Assembly: GCF_000143415.4 (NCBI RefSeq)
Contig: NW_003314278.1
Coordinates: forward strand, 833,157 to 897,156
Origin: Selaginella moellendorffii
Taxonomy: Eukaryota > Plantae > Lycopodiophyta
Reading direction: 5' to 3'
DNA length: 64,000 nt
Each line of letters starts with the position of its first letter. The first letter of the stretch is position 1. The position numbers and the translations under genes are program-made. Below are positions 37,496 to 51,654 of this stretch, piece after piece. Below the pieces are notes generated by a model. It searched no databases, was not told where the DNA came from, and was given only the letters and a program-made list of their open reading frames with translations.

Positions 37496-39403
37496 ATGGT
37501 GCTATCCAACTAATCCTACACAGGTCGCTTCGGATCTACTAGAAAAGTCTCTACGTATGCAACTTAAGTCAGAAAATCTGACAAAAGTTGGATAGAAATC
37601 GCTAAGACAATTCCTCTGATACCAAATGTAGCGCACCTGAATTTTGGAGCCGAACTCCAAGCCTGTTGCGCTACGAAATGAGGGTCCGGTACAATCCTAC
37701 GAGCACCAGCTCCCCATATCCAGCACCTGCACGCAAAATGGTGTCAGACGGAGTCTGGCACGATTTTGGCATACCGGTGGCCTGACGCGAGAAGGAGGGT
37801 ACTCCACCGACTAGAGTAGCGTGGAGCTTGGGCTTAGACCCAAGCCGGACGCAGAACAAGGAGTGACACAGCCCAGCGGGAGCCAAACTAATGTCTCAGG
37901 TGGTCGGACATGCATTCCAACCACTATCCCTACTATACATTTGGAACCCCCTACAGCCCCCCCCCCCCCCCCCCCGCTTGAGGAACACACGCTTTGGGCT
38001 TTCACCCCAAGCCACCCTTAGTACCAGGAGTTAGTCTTTAGGACAAGTATGAAACTTACTAAATATGGAATGGCTTTAGATTGCGAATTTGGACACGGGA
38101 CGAACACCATTGTGTTCAGGCCGACCTCTACATTCCGTAGACATGCCAAATGAGCGAATCTAGACACTTTCCATAATTAGCACTTGGGACCAAAATGAGA
38201 CTAACACAAAGGGCGTGATAGCGAGGGTGTTTGGCAGACACGGTAAGTTATCATCCGGCGATATTGAGGGACTAGTCTCAATACGCGAGGGTTCTTGCCA
38301 AGCCAGTGCAAGATAGAGCAAAAGAGAACTAAAAAGCCGGGCCAAGTATGCTTGGCCAAATAGACACTTAGGAATTCCGTCCTTATGCTCATCCGGCCAA
38401 GTACAGATGCTAAGTCCAGTTTACTAACACTTGGACAAGAGGGGCCAATAAAGGGAACCAGCAGTACCGACCTCCTGCCGTCATGGCAGTAAGGAAAGAA
38501 TGCCCGTAAGGACTGGTCGACAAGTATCTTTCGATACCCGAAGTCACATTTGCGAAACCAACAAAAATTAATCATGGGACTTATAAATCCCAAGCCTTAA
38601 ATGCATCTTTTACTTCGGGACGTCAAGGGGAAACACCATTGCTTAATAGCCCAACATAGGTACCCTACTCCCCTACCTCCATGGTAAATGGCCTAGGAAG
38701 GAGTGAGGACCAATAAGCCATATGATACTTAAATAGGGCATCACTCCACATGAGCCAAAAGCACCATAATTGATTTCCCTTTTGGAAGTGAGAATTACTT
38801 TTAACACTTCCTTGGGAGGCCTTTTTGGCACTCCCAAGTCCACATGCTCACTCCTACCCAAGGCCACTAACTTTTAATCCTAACCTTAATTCAATTTGGA
38901 AACACCACTGAAGAGTTCCTTTAAGACTAGGTTTTCAGCCTCATTACCCTTCTATACTTTTGGAATAGGTTGACAAATTAAGTCCTTTAAACTCTTTATA
39001 TTCTGGGAATGATACAAATAATGCATCATAATTTCACTTTGAAGGCCATCAATGAAGTAGAACTTATTTTAACATGGATCATGTGTTGAAATATAGGTAA
39101 TTAAGTGAGTAAACAAAATCTTTATCCTAAGGATGAGTTGTACTAGTGATCATCCTTTCTAGGAAACTCTACTGAAGCTCTTGGTCCATCATCTATAGCT
39201 ATATACATCAAAGAGTCATTAGGATCTTCACTCTAAGATAATACACCTTTGAATTGAGTAACACAAACACTAGATGAGTTTTTAATTTTATCTATTAGTC
39301 ACACTTGATAAGTTTCTTTACCAATGTCTTTGAAGACTATATATAGCTTAGCATATTATAAGCTTTAGACTTTTCTGAATGGGGTGCATTCTTCTAGCAT
39401 TAG

Positions 39404-39592
39404 TATCAGTATATTCTAAAATTTGGACTTTATAGAAGGTCACCCAACCCAGTACTATTCAAATTAAAATATACTTAACCCTAAGTATCTCAATTAAAAA
39501 CAAAAAAGGGTGCACTCTTGTTCATAAACCTTGTCCCTTTATATTTAAACCTCTATATTTTGTCTTTTGGGTCATTCTTTTTAGTTTTTACA
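39404..39592 (-). mobile_element. Cassandra-like TRIM LTR copy (5S-promoter-bearing), degraded
   Basis: Reverse complement reads GGTTAAG...GAATAGTACTGGGTTGGGTGACC; homologous to 55418-55611. Confidence 0.7.
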
Positions 39593-40327
39593 TATATTTA
39601 TGAGAAAATTTATCACTTTTCCCACTTGATATAGGCATTAAGTTATTCTATAACTCACTTGGTGCAATTATCACTCACACAAAGATAAAATCTCCTATAT
39701 GATATTTCTAAAATTGGCAATACTTATTGGTAAATTTCTCAACTCTATCATAAGCCACATATAAATTCCATCACTACTAGAATCTCATTAATTTTGTGGT
39801 AAATTAATTTCTTTTGAATCAAATTTGTCTTGAACATCCTTGGTCAAATGTAATCCCAACTCCAATACTACACTTTGAGGAATAGGGTTTAGGGTTTAGG
39901 AAAAATGTTATAAAAGTCCATCTAACTTCTACTATGATACTTTACCTACTGATAGAGTATAATTTGTAATACTTAAGGATATCAATCAATTTTCATATTC
40001 TCCTAATAAAATTTACATTTAATTAGCTCATATGTCTTCTTCCCCCTAAATTAACTAATCTCTAAACAATTATGATAGTGGAATAGAACCTAATTAATCA
40101 CCTCATCCACTAGAGCAATAAATACAGCCATTGTAGTAAAGAATCTCATCTATCAAAGTGAAAAGGGCTTCTATCAAAAAGATAACTTTAGCATCTTGAG
40201 CATAAGCAAACTCCCAGACACTTACTTAAATGAATAAAATATGTTTATAGATTTGACACATGACAAAGCTTCCTCTGTCACATAATCGTCGTACCGGCTC
40301 AGTCTGCTTCTGTCTCCCAAGTCCATT

Positions 40328-41312
40328 NNNNNNNNNNNNNNNNNNNNNNNNNNNNNNNNNNNNNNNNNNNNNNNNNNNNNNNNNNNNNNNNNNNNNNNNN
40401 NNNNNNNNNNNNNNNNNNNNNNNNNNNNNNNNNNNNNNNNNNNNNNNNNNNNNNNNNNNNNNNNNNNNNNNNNNNNNNNNNNNNNNNNNNNNNNNNNNNN
40501 NNNNNNNNNNNNNNNNNNNNNNNNNNNNNNNNNNNNNNNNNNNNNNNNNNNNNNNNNNNNNNNNNNNNNNNNNNNNNNNNNNNNNNNNNNNNNNNNNNNN
40601 NNNNNNNNNNNNNNNNNNNNNNNNNNNNNNNNNNNNNNNNNNNNNNNNNNNNNNNNNNNNNNNNNNNNNNNNNNNNNNNNNNNNNNNNNNNNNNNNNNNN
40701 NNNNNNNNNNNNNNNNNNNNNNNNNNNNNNNNNNNNNNNNNNNNNNNNNNNNNNNNNNNNNNNNNNNNNNNNNNNNNNNNNNNNNNNNNNNNNNNNNNNN
40801 NNNNNNNNNNNNNNNNNNNNNNNNNNNNNNNNNNNNNNNNNNNNNNNNNNNNNNNNNNNNNNNNNNNNNNNNNNNNNNNNNNNNNNNNNNNNNNNNNNNN
40901 NNNNNNNNNNNNNNNNNNNNNNNNNNNNNNNNNNNNNNNNNNNNNNNNNNNNNNNNNNNNNNNNNNNNNNNNNNNNNNNNNNNNNNNNNNNNNNNNNNNN
41001 NNNNNNNNNNNNNNNNNNNNNNNNNNNNNNNNNNNNNNNNNNNNNNNNNNNNNNNNNNNNNNNNNNNNNNNNNNNNNNNNNNNNNNNNNNNNNNNNNNNN
41101 NNNNNNNNNNNNNNNNNNNNNNNNNNNNNNNNNNNNNNNNNNNNNNNNNNNNNNNNNNNNNNNNNNNNNNNNNNNNNNNNNNNNNNNNNNNNNNNNNNNN
41201 NNNNNNNNNNNNNNNNNNNNNNNNNNNNNNNNNNNNNNNNNNNNNNNNNNNNNNNNNNNNNNNNNNNNNNNNNNNNNNNNNNNNNNNNNNNNNNNNNNNN
41301 NNNNNNNNNNNN
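40328..41312. other. Assembly gap (N run)
   Basis: 985 N. Confidence 1.
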
Positions 41313-41619
41313 CCTTATGTATATCATTCCTCTCCTCCATATATGTCTTAGTCTTTCAAGTCACGAAAAAACATCTCTAAAGCACCTTTCCATTATAACA
41401 AGCATATTTCAAAAATGTAGTAAAAAGCATACTAGTAGAAGGTTGAACTCTCTCTCTCCCAACTACACATTGTTGATGGCACCATACTCTAGCAAAATAC
41501 ACTTAATGCTTGACTTTATCTTTAACTCTTGAAGTTCATATAGGCTAGTCTTCCACCAAACCACTATTTTTTGGATTTGTCTTGACAACTGTAGATGTTA
41601 TAATATGGCCTAGATACTC

Positions 41620-41746
41620 TACCTACAAAAGTGCACCCTTTTTTCCAATAGATTAAGAGTTTTACAATATTTGGGATTAAGCAACTTTAGATTTAAATAG
41701 TATTGGGCTGGGTGATATCCTATGAAGTCAAAATTCAAGAGTTTAT
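41620..41746 (+). mobile_element. Cassandra-like TRIM LTR fragment
   Basis: GGGATTAAGC...AATAGTATTGGGCTGGGTGATATCC..GAAGTC, homologous to the other copies. Confidence 0.6.
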
Positions 41747-42622
41747 ACTTATATATACCACTCTAAGCATAAAGGCTCTTGTACTTTTTTTTTTTACAAT
41801 ACATAGCCATTTGGAAGCTGTGTTGTCCTTGACAAATGTGAAAAACTTGCATCCTCAAATTATAGCTTGTGTTGCATTTATCTTGCAACTATTTTGCCTT
41901 ATTCCTCATAAACCAAGGGCTTGGGTGTTGACAAACACTATAATCCTAAGCATGGTAAAGATTATGGTTCTTCTCATGATTGCCTCTTCATGTTTTACAG
42001 TGTTGGATTTCAAAGGTTTTGTCAAGCAAAGGATGGAGTTTCACTAATTTTTTTGGAGCTTTATAAATTCCATCATCACTATATTCTAGGTGCCCATTTG
42101 TCTCATAAGTTGGCAAATCTTTACTCTTCTATCTTACAGGTGATAATTACTGATATTTTTCCTTGCATTATGATTAATATTATGGTCCCAGCCTACAATA
42201 ACAACTAACTATGGTTTTCGAGTAGTGGGCTTTGTTTACTTTATAGTGCTCATTATTGTTGCAAACATTGTTATTATCTTGGATGTGAACACTTGATGAA
42301 GAGGTAAATGTTTTATTTTGTGTATAATCCCAGGCAAAGCAAAATAAGAAAGCTTAAGCGAAATGGAGTTACACTAAACTTAGGCATCTAAAGAAGAAAG
42401 ACTTGACTTAGACAACACTTATCATAGAAAAACATAAAGCAGTTAGGATTGGTTATAAAATCATATAGTAAATATATAGCACTTAAACATGCTAGAAAAC
42501 AGCCCCCACTCATTTTTGTATGCCATTGTATTAAATTAACCATCTTTTCTCCCACTTATAACTGTTTGTGCAAAGTAAAGTTAACATATGCTCCCATTGA
42601 CTTATTCAGGCAAGGACCCTCT

Positions 42623-43946
42623 TGTAAGTGATTAAATTTTCCATTTTACTTTTGTTACTTAACCATGCTTTTGACCTCTTGGAAGAGTCTATAAGAAACT
42701 AATTTTTCCATTATAGTTTAATCATTTAATCACATCTTTGACCACTTAGAGGAGTCTTACTCACAACTTCTATAAATCTTATTTGTGATTTAAGGACTTG
42801 CTAGCCCATAAATGGCCTCTATGCCATTCTACCTTTGCACTTGTTCCAACTGCTCCACATGTCCAATCCTATTATAAACACCTAAAAGTACCACTAATAT
42901 ATCAACCCATTATGCTAAGGCCATATCCATTTGCCTTTATCTCATTGGTAGTCCAAGACTACCCATATTATAGTCCTATCTCCTAAAGACTAAACTATCC
43001 ATCTATGAGTGGTCATCCCATAACCATATCTTAGCATCCTTAGGATGCTTGAGGATATGGGGAATACCTTTCCCCAATATGCTTTCTTTTGTCCTTATCA
43101 AATCTCTCTTCATCCATGGTAGTGCTCACTAATAATGCCATTAGGTTAGGGCTAAGTACTATTAACTTCTGAGACTTCCTCACTATATGACTATACCTTT
43201 GGTTATTATGGAAGAGGATTTCTCCTCTTCCTTTCCACAATTTAGGACTTTGGGATGATATTTTAAAATAGCATTTCAAAATATACTAACCTTTCCTAGC
43301 CAAATTGATTCCACTATAATTCAACCCCCACACTCTCCCTACTATCCTTTTAGAACCCTCTGTAGCCACCCTCCCCTTGAGGAATGATCACTTTGGGCTT
43401 TCACCCTATGACTTGTATTAGTATTTGAACATGGTTTCAGACTCAGTCTCAGACTCAGACCCAGACTCAAACTCAGACCCAGACTCGGACTCAGACCAGA
43501 CCTGAACTCACACCAGACCTGAACTCACACTTACATTCAAGCTCAAACTTGATCTTGGTCTCAATCTTGGTCTCGGTATTGGTCTTAGTTTTGGACCTAG
43601 ACTCCATCTCAAACTCTATCTCGGACTCCATCTCAAACTCCATCTCGGACTCCATCTTAGACTCTTTCTAAGACTCCTTCTCAGACTCCATTTCAGGCTT
43701 TGTCTCAGACTTGGTTTTGATACTTGCCATGTGTCAGTCACTCTTGTGTCCCTTTCTAAAGACATGTTCATTGACCGCTTTGTGCTTATTCCTCAGGCAC
43801 TTCTTTAGGAATTCCACTCCTACTCTCGACTTTCTGAGTTGGAACCTTTAGTCCAAATGTGTTATGCTTATTAGACTCCTGCTTTGACCACTGCTATATG
43901 GCACACTTTTGGCTCCACTTTGTGGCTTAGGGACTTGTGTCTCAAA
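42623..43946 (-). mobile_element. Old family C LTR, probably a 3' LTR, with decayed internal sequence running to ~47500
   Basis: Starts TGTAAGTGATTAAATTTTCC; colinear with 57559-59187; decayed 6/12-bp array; PPT-like sequence follows the right end. Confidence 0.75.
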
Positions 43947-45039
43947 ACTCCACCACCTATAGATGAAGTTTAATGTCCTCATCGAATGATAAACCATTTT
44001 AAAAACCCCATCATGGATTATTATCTTCATCCTCGGCACCAAAACACTAGTCATCAATGGCTCACCAAGCCTTACCCATCCTCTAAAGAACATAGCCTCC
44101 CCATCTTAGAGACTTATTAGATCACCTTTGGTGCTTTTCTCCCTTTATTAGTTTAGATCCTACTAAATCCACTAAAGGCTCTCTACCTCTATTTTACTAT
44201 TCATTCTAGACTAGTCTTGAACTTTATCCACATAACTAATGCATTTTGAATCTTTATTATTGACTTCTTATGTCAATTTCCTAAGTTTCTTCAACACTTT
44301 ATATTACTTATGTTGTATGAACTCCACTTCCCCATTCTAGAAAGGTATTTACTTGAGTGCACTATTACCCCCTCCTTTATTTTGGGCCACCTTGGGCATT
44401 ATAATTCAATTATCCATAATTTGTGCTAAAGTTGTCTATAGTCTTATTATTTGGCTTCCTTACCACTCCATCTTTAGAAGCTTTTGCCTTTTGCCAAATT
44501 AGAGCATTTGGGGAATCCCATCTTTGGATACATATTTCCTTTCTTACAATTCGTTAACATCCAGCATATGGTGGTTTTCTACCTAATTTATTTTTTCTAA
44601 CAATTTTCAATGCCTATTCCTAGCCATTAATCTTTTGCTTTTATCCTTTGAGTGTTACACTAAACAATTGTCCTTGATTTTCTAGCTATGGAATCACTAA
44701 ATGATCCCACATAGATATCTTAATAGGTTTACCAATAGATACTCATGCCCTAGTAGGTTCGGACTCAAACACAAGCACTAGAGGGTTGGGACTTGAATCT
44801 AACCTTTGTATGTACATCTATGAATGGTATTACTTAGGATGTCTAGCATAACTCCCCAATTGATAACCATGCTAATTAGCTTTTTTTATATATATGTGGT
44901 ATCGTCACAACTCAAGAACTTAATTCCTCCATGCCCTTTTACTTGACAAAATAGTTGATCAGCTTGTGATCATGTATGGACTCCTTCATGCTTGGTTCTT
45001 TATAGGCCACCTTTTGTCAAGTTAACACTTTCAACTAGG

Positions 45040-45232
45040 TGTACGCTTCTGAATTTGGATTTCTCAAAAGGTCAAATAACCCAGTATTATTTAAACTCAA
45101 GAACATTTAACCTCAAATATTCAAGACCCTTAATTGATTGGAAAAGAGGGTACATTTTTGTTCATGAGCTATTTCCCTCTATATTTAAACCCTTATAAAC
45201 TATCTCTTGAGTCATTCTTTTGGTTGCTTACA
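45040..45232 (-). mobile_element. Solo LTR of the Cassandra-like TRIM (193 bp)
   Basis: TG...CA ends; flanks CTAGG/CTATG (4 of 5 TSD match); homologous to 55418-55611. Confidence 0.8.
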
Positions 45233-48200
45233 CTATGGTATTTGTTCCTCTAATTTGCCAATCCCACTTAACAAGTCACCTAACTAATGTAACATAGTTT
45301 TTTGCATAAGTGTGAAAGTCCTCAAATATTGATTTTCGTTCAAAACCATCTCTCTAAACACACAGCAACTACTTCCCCAACTTTGATAACATTACCTCAT
45401 GACAAACTTTAAGACCACACTTCTACTACACCATTTTAATTTTGCACATTCCTATGAACCATTTACACTATCTTTCTAGGTACCAACCTACCCAGAATTA
45501 TTTTTAAGAATATTGAAAGGACTCTATACCTTAGTTTGTTAAGGCTTCTCCTTTCGCAAGCTTCCTAATCACTATATGGTTTAACATTGACAATTCTACA
45601 TTTTATAGTCTCCATGGTAGCATAATTACCAATAGCAACACCCTTGTGCACCCACTTGATTCTTCATTCCCAATTTTTATAACCACCATTGGATATGCCT
45701 TTCAATTCTTATAATTTGGTTTTATCATTTTACTACTTACTTTTAGGCTTATAAATTTCCTTTTGTTATCCTCCTCCAAACTAGAAGGGTTGTTTTATAC
45801 TTTTTATCATGCCTTAGCAAACATTTTTAAGGATGAATCTACTAAATAGCCTAGAGAGTGGTTTCTCAATTTGGATATGCTCATCTTATAATTATATATA
45901 CCAGGATTAACATTTGCTACTTATAGGCATTTATATATCCGTCATTAGCCATGCCAAAATCCTTTTGGATTTATCCACTTTAAATAGTCAGACTTACTCT
46001 GTCTTTAGCTTTTGTTAACTTTGGACATTGGATAACACTTTCTATCCATTATTCTCCTAGGTCTTATTTAATGCCCCCATAATACTTAAACACCACCTTT
46101 TTTGTGTTTTAAGGTGTTTATAAATTTCAGTGATGGACTTCCTAAGTAATGAGCATTTCTTATTTATTACACTTACCCACTATATTGCAATATAAGCACA
46201 ACATCCCTTAAGGGATGTATTTAACTTCTTTTTTATCCCACTAAGAAGTTTCAAAAAGTTAGCTCCCACTTTTCAAACTAATTATTCCAAACCTTGGTTG
46301 CCTCATAGTTATTATGTTTTACAACTCATTGGATTTATTCATTTGGATAGTCAGACTTATCTTGTCTCTAGCTTATGTCAAATTTTGATATTGCACCTTT
46401 TATCTATTATTTTCTAAAAAGTTATTTCCTTGGGCTTTATCTAATGCCCCTATAATGTAGTTTATGGTGCTTATATGTTTCAGTGATGGAGTTCTCAAGC
46501 AATGGGTATTTTCTATAATAATACTAACCCACGATATTGTAACATAAGCACAACATTTCTTAAGAGATATATCTAACCTTCTTATCGTACCAAGAGGTTT
46601 TAAAAAGTTAACTCCTACTATTTTAACCAATTATTCTAAAGCTTTACCTAGTTGCCTTATAGTTATCATGTTGTACAATTCATTGCCAATGCTTCTACAC
46701 CTTCATTAATATTCAATATAAACAAATTAATTCTATGTCTACTAGCTTTAGATATGCTAATCCCATTTATATTCCTTTGGCAAAGGGTTCTCATGAACCA
46801 ACCAACTTAACCTCAAGGCATCATCCTTTGATATATTTGATGTCTTCACACCATTAGCTCTATGAGCCTACCTTCACAACACTTCCCACTTTTATCTAGG
46901 TCTTGACAAGACAATAATAGTCATTTTTTATGCCAAATATTAGTTAGCACTACTCTATAGTGTTTATATACAACTCTTTGCTAAAATTACTTTCTTCTGT
47001 AAACACCTTTTCACAACTTTAGTATGGCACCTTCCACCTCAAAAATAGTCATGAGGCTAAGACATTACAAGATGTTAGATTAATAAAGTCCAAAAGCTGG
47101 ATGCCTTGATGCATCAATAAGATACCTATTGTTTTTATACTTAGATCTCATAATCTCCAATCATTCACTAAGTATAGCACATTTCTGTCTAAATATGTTT
47201 TCCCAAGTTTTTAGGACCATCCTTTGACACTCACACTTGAATACAAGTTCTTGTATTCATGTGTTATTCATAAAACTATCTTTATAAGTGTTACTCCAAC
47301 ACTTAATTATCCTTTGTTCTATATAGGTTACTTTTGCCCTTTAGAACTATCCTTCCATATGATGAGAACACTAACTTATCCTTTAAATACACCCATAACT
47401 CTTTGGGTTATGTCAATACTTATTAAAGGTAACCCCATTTACCATTTCAAAGATATATATCATCATCCATATTTGACCTTCCATACCCAAAACACATGGT
47501 CTTTGTGAATGTTAGAGAAGTATCCCACATTTTGTAGGGCATGTTTTGGGGCCCAAAATGCGGTCTTCATGAATTGTTAGGGAGGTACCACATATCCCAC
47601 ATGTGTGTTTTTTGGCGCCCAAGAACACAGGATTGTGAAGGTACACTACAGCTTTGGATCACACCAATTTTATCAACAACGATCTAAGAAGTGAAGAATA
47701 CAACTTTGAGACTCAAGAATCTAACACTAAAGAAAATCAACAATTCAAGAACACATAACACAAGACTCAAGACTTCAACAAAAAGGCAAATTAACTTAAA
47801 AAATCTCAAGAAATCAAGGTTAAGATCCAAACTCAAGAAATTAACTCAAAAAAAAACCTCAACAATCAAACACAAGAAAACAACTCCAAGAAGACTCTTG
47901 AAAATCAAGCTCGAAAACTCAACTCAAAGAAAATTTTCAAACTCCAAGTTCAAGAAATCAAGAAAAGATACCACTACAATAAAAACTCATCACAATCCAT
48001 TAAGATTCAATAACAAATGAACACAAGATCAATAGAAAATAAGTTCCAAGAAGGAAACAACATCAAGAAGGAGAAAATTCAAACTAGAGAATTGAACCTA
48101 AACCACTTGACACTTAGTCAAATTCTGAGAAAGGGTAAATGCCTAACCCTAGTGCTTTTGGCTATAGTACTGTATGCCAAGATCAAGAAACAAGATGGGA

Positions 48201-49384
48201 AAGCAAGGCACATAAGCACGTGGCATCATCAAGGATTTCATCTTTGATCCCAAGTTACTTAGCACGATTGGGGTGAGTCTCCTCTCACCTTGCAATCCTA
48301 CTTGGAAAAGGATTAAGGAGCTCAACACTTGACTACACAGCCTTTATGAATTCTCCAAGATCATGGAAAAGTATATGACATCAACATTGCTAAGAAGATT
48401 TTCCCAACATACAAGGAAGACTTCGTGCAAACCAACGACTTTGAGTTTATCTTGAGCACCAAGTACTTCGCATGTGCATTCTAACTTCCCACTGGTGGAG
48501 AGTGAGTAACATTGATTCCATGCACGAAGGGGATTTTACCAAAGTGTATCAAGGTACTTGAGAACTACAACAATAGAAATTCTTTATAAATGAGCAATGT
48601 GATTGATGAAGCCAAGCTGTGACTCAAGTTTTTGATCTCCACACTAGAGATGTGCAAGTCCATAACTTTCACTAGCAAAGCAATCATAAGTCTTTATAAT
48701 GATTTGTAGTAGAAGACACAAGTTGACATTGTGAGCTACCTCTGTGACAAACTCATCAAGGAACCCTATGTCATGATGACAATGATGAGTTCTAATAGAA
48801 GCTCAACAAGTTCAAGAATGAGCTCTCTAGAGTTGCAGTAGCAACAAAACAAACTGATGCTCTAGAGCAGTGAGAGCTTTGAGACAAAGCTCAACTCAGT
48901 CATGGAGGAAAAGTGGAGTATAGGAAATCAACCTTGAATTTATAAGCATCTTCTTGAGTCTCGAGACACAAACCTTGAGACTCAAGAATAGGAGGTAGTT
49001 GCCACTACGTAGGACTAGTTAAGGGGGTGAGTTAGCATTCAAACCCTATCCCTATCTCTTTTGTACTTTAGCCTTCAATCATCAATGCACATTTACATAC
49101 TCAAGATATAGACTACTCAAATGATGCCATGCCTATCCTTACTTATGATTACGCATATGAGCTTTCTTAGGGATTGAAGGTCTTAGGTTAGTTCCTAACT
49201 TAATCGTGTGTCTGGAAGCTTATATTCAAGATAGGAATTAGTAGTAGTGGTGCACAATCACAACAATAAGTACAAGTATAACATCAACAAAGCCCTCTAT
49301 TTTTCCTGTAACAAATTCTATCTCATACCTACACATAATTGTTCATTTAATAACAAGCAACTCTACCTAGTTTTTATGTGCACT

Positions 49385-49745
49385 CTTTTTAACCCTTATG
49401 GATCATCTTTCAAATTATTCACTTTAATTTTTTACAATCCACCATACTTCTTTGGAAGTCTATGCCCTTGTGAATGGAAGCTAAGAGTTACAGCTCTCCC
49501 AAGAGCCCACTCTCTTGAAACCCTACCCCTTGGGTCGAGTCCAGCTAGAGGCAATTAAATCTACCAAATATCAATTTCAACATGTGGTGTCATTCCCCTA
49601 GCCAACCAACAAAGTCAGACTTGAGACTTCTCTAATACCAAATTGTAAGCTTCTGAATTTGAACTTCTTGAGAAGTCACCCAACCTAGTACTATTCAAAC
49701 CCAAAGATATTTAACCCCAAGTATCCCAAATATCTTAATAGTTAA
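49385..49745 (-). mobile_element. Cassandra-like TRIM: partial LTRs around a complete 207-bp internal region (49437-49643)
   Basis: PBS ctctaatacca at 49630-49640, LTR start TGTAAGC at 49644 with 5S box; internal region matches 55719-55826 plus 56696-56798. Confidence 0.8.
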
Positions 49746-50024
49746 AAATTGACTCAGAATAATATTACTGTAAATCCAAAAGGTCAACACATGTGAGTGC
49801 TAATGGATATATGGGAAATGTGATAGGTTTCCAAGGGTATCAAATTCCCAAGTGCCCCAATTTCATGAAAGATGAAAAGTATAAGAGATGGAGTGGTAAT
49901 GTAGTCAAATGATAGAGCAATGAGCAACCTCATTACAAATTATAGATCTAAGAGAAATTTAGTCACTTATAGTCATTGTCATTCCTAAAAAAAATCAAAT
50001 ACTCAGAAGATTGAGAAGACTTTG

Positions 50025-50630
50025 TGACACGAACCACAAGAATATTCCAAGAATATTTTATGGCTTGTGGGATTTAAGGTCATAACACCTTAAGGGTTGG
50101 GAGGTTGGCCTAGGGTTTTCTCCCTTGTACATTTCAATAGGATCATTGTAAGATGAGTGGGATATAGATCTTGATGAGAAGTATGGCATTACTGATGATG
50201 GCCATGATGATGACGAAGAGACTCTTGATGATGTTGTGCTACAAGGATGCCAAATTTCTGAGGTTTAGAGCAATATTAAGGAGGTTAAGGATTCCATCAA
50301 TCTCATTAAGGATTTCTTGCTTTTCATGGATCCTCAAGGGTTGAATCAGTATCATATCTGTGATTACAATTGGTATATCAAACATACCAAGGATTATAGT
50401 ATTGTGGAATAGAAGTCATCACCAAATGTTTATGATAGGTAGGAGGTTGATTCTTGGTTTGAATTGTGGGAAAGTTATTGGTCTCACAACCTTATGAGGA
50501 GAAGGTGAAAATTGATTTGTTGTGATGAAGCTTACAAGTCATGTTTTTTGTGGTGAAAGAACTATATCAAAGCTAATCCGAAGCTGACTTTATAAAGTGA
50601 TTTGACACAAGTTTTCTACGCTTTATTTGT
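50025..50630 (+). mobile_element. Family F fragment: 112-bp LTR (50025-50136) and decayed gag
   Basis: TGACAC...ATTTCA, reverse-homologous to 60889-61000; gag-like EVDSWFELWESYW; inverted homolog of ~53650-54214. Confidence 0.75.
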
Positions 50631-51654
50631 CAAGAGGTTTCCTTCAAATCTATAGAGGCATCCCTCAACAAAACTTGCATGCAAGTATTAATAATAAAGA
50701 AGTTAACAAACTCCTTAAGCTTATCCAAGAGATTGCTGGATAGCTTCATGAACAAAGAAAGAAAAAATCAGGTACATCAGAAAAGAACTAACTATCTCAT
50801 GCATATATATCACTAACTTTAAAGCATTAATCAATAGAGTATCACTATTGTTTTTTTTTGACAATCTCTTTCATAATGTTACCAACTTTGATATGCAAAT
50901 CATTATCCTCCCAAGTGATCTCTGATTTCTTGTCATAAAACCATTACTTCCTAAGAATAACATTTGTGTAACCAAGATTCATAACCTGGAATAGAGGATG
51001 GTCGAGAATCCCTTGAACCATCAAAGGAACACTCAAAGCTCATTCACCATAAATATGAGTGCTACATCTAATTGCCATAACCACCTCATAAATTACTAAA
51101 CTCTTTTCCATATACAAACCAAATCTCTTCACCACCTTGGAGCTCAAAAAGTTGTGTGTAGCACCTAGATCAAAAAGAATACTAATAGCACTACCCTGAA
51201 TGTCCCCTTTGGCCTTCACAAGTTGATTGCACATAAAACCATTAAACCCTACAAATTTGATATGAACTTGAGATTTAGATTCTTATACTTTTGCCACATG
51301 GTGTGGAAAAGCCACCATAACAGATATTTGAGCCATATCCACAATAGATTCCACAACATTCTCCTTAGCATTCTTTGATCCCTTCAAAAAAGGACAATCC
51401 TTACCATGATGTTTAACCCTATGACAATGAAAACAATTGCCCTCTACCTTATCCTTCTCTCACTAGTCCAAATGATTTCTTTCAACCTTATTGCCATCTC
51501 CACTCTTCGAGCCACGATGGAACAATGACTATTTCTTCCTTGAATATGAAGCATTAGTAGGCTGGTCAGCATGTTGACTATGCCATAAACTATCTTATTA
51601 GCTAGAGTTGACTGATAGTTTAGGCAAAAATATTTGAGTCTTAGTGATAGCATC

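Larger units (their letters stand above)
31188..38557 (-). mobile_element. Full-length chromovirus (Ty3/gypsy family B, Galadriel/Tcn1-like); LTRs 31188-32112 and 37627-38557
   Basis: 925/931-bp LTRs differing by about 12 substitutions (counted by eye) plus a poly-C length change; TSD ACAAC/CCAAC; PBS 37614-37624; PPT 32113-32129; gag, CCHC knuckle, DTGA protease, YIDD RT, RNase H, integrase, chromodomain. Confidence 0.97.
30960..38966 (-). mobile_element. Older family A LTR copy (30960-31187 plus ~38558-38966), split by the family B insertion
   Basis: Both pieces align colinearly with LTR 29837-30560; starts TGTAAG. Confidence 0.8.

Noticed and set aside
39883-39900. Interstitial telomeric repeat TAGGGTTTAGGGTTTAGG
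   Set aside because: Only about 2.5 units, too short to infer a healed break or fusion
40222-41351. Long ORFs across the gap
   Set aside because: Artefacts of the N run
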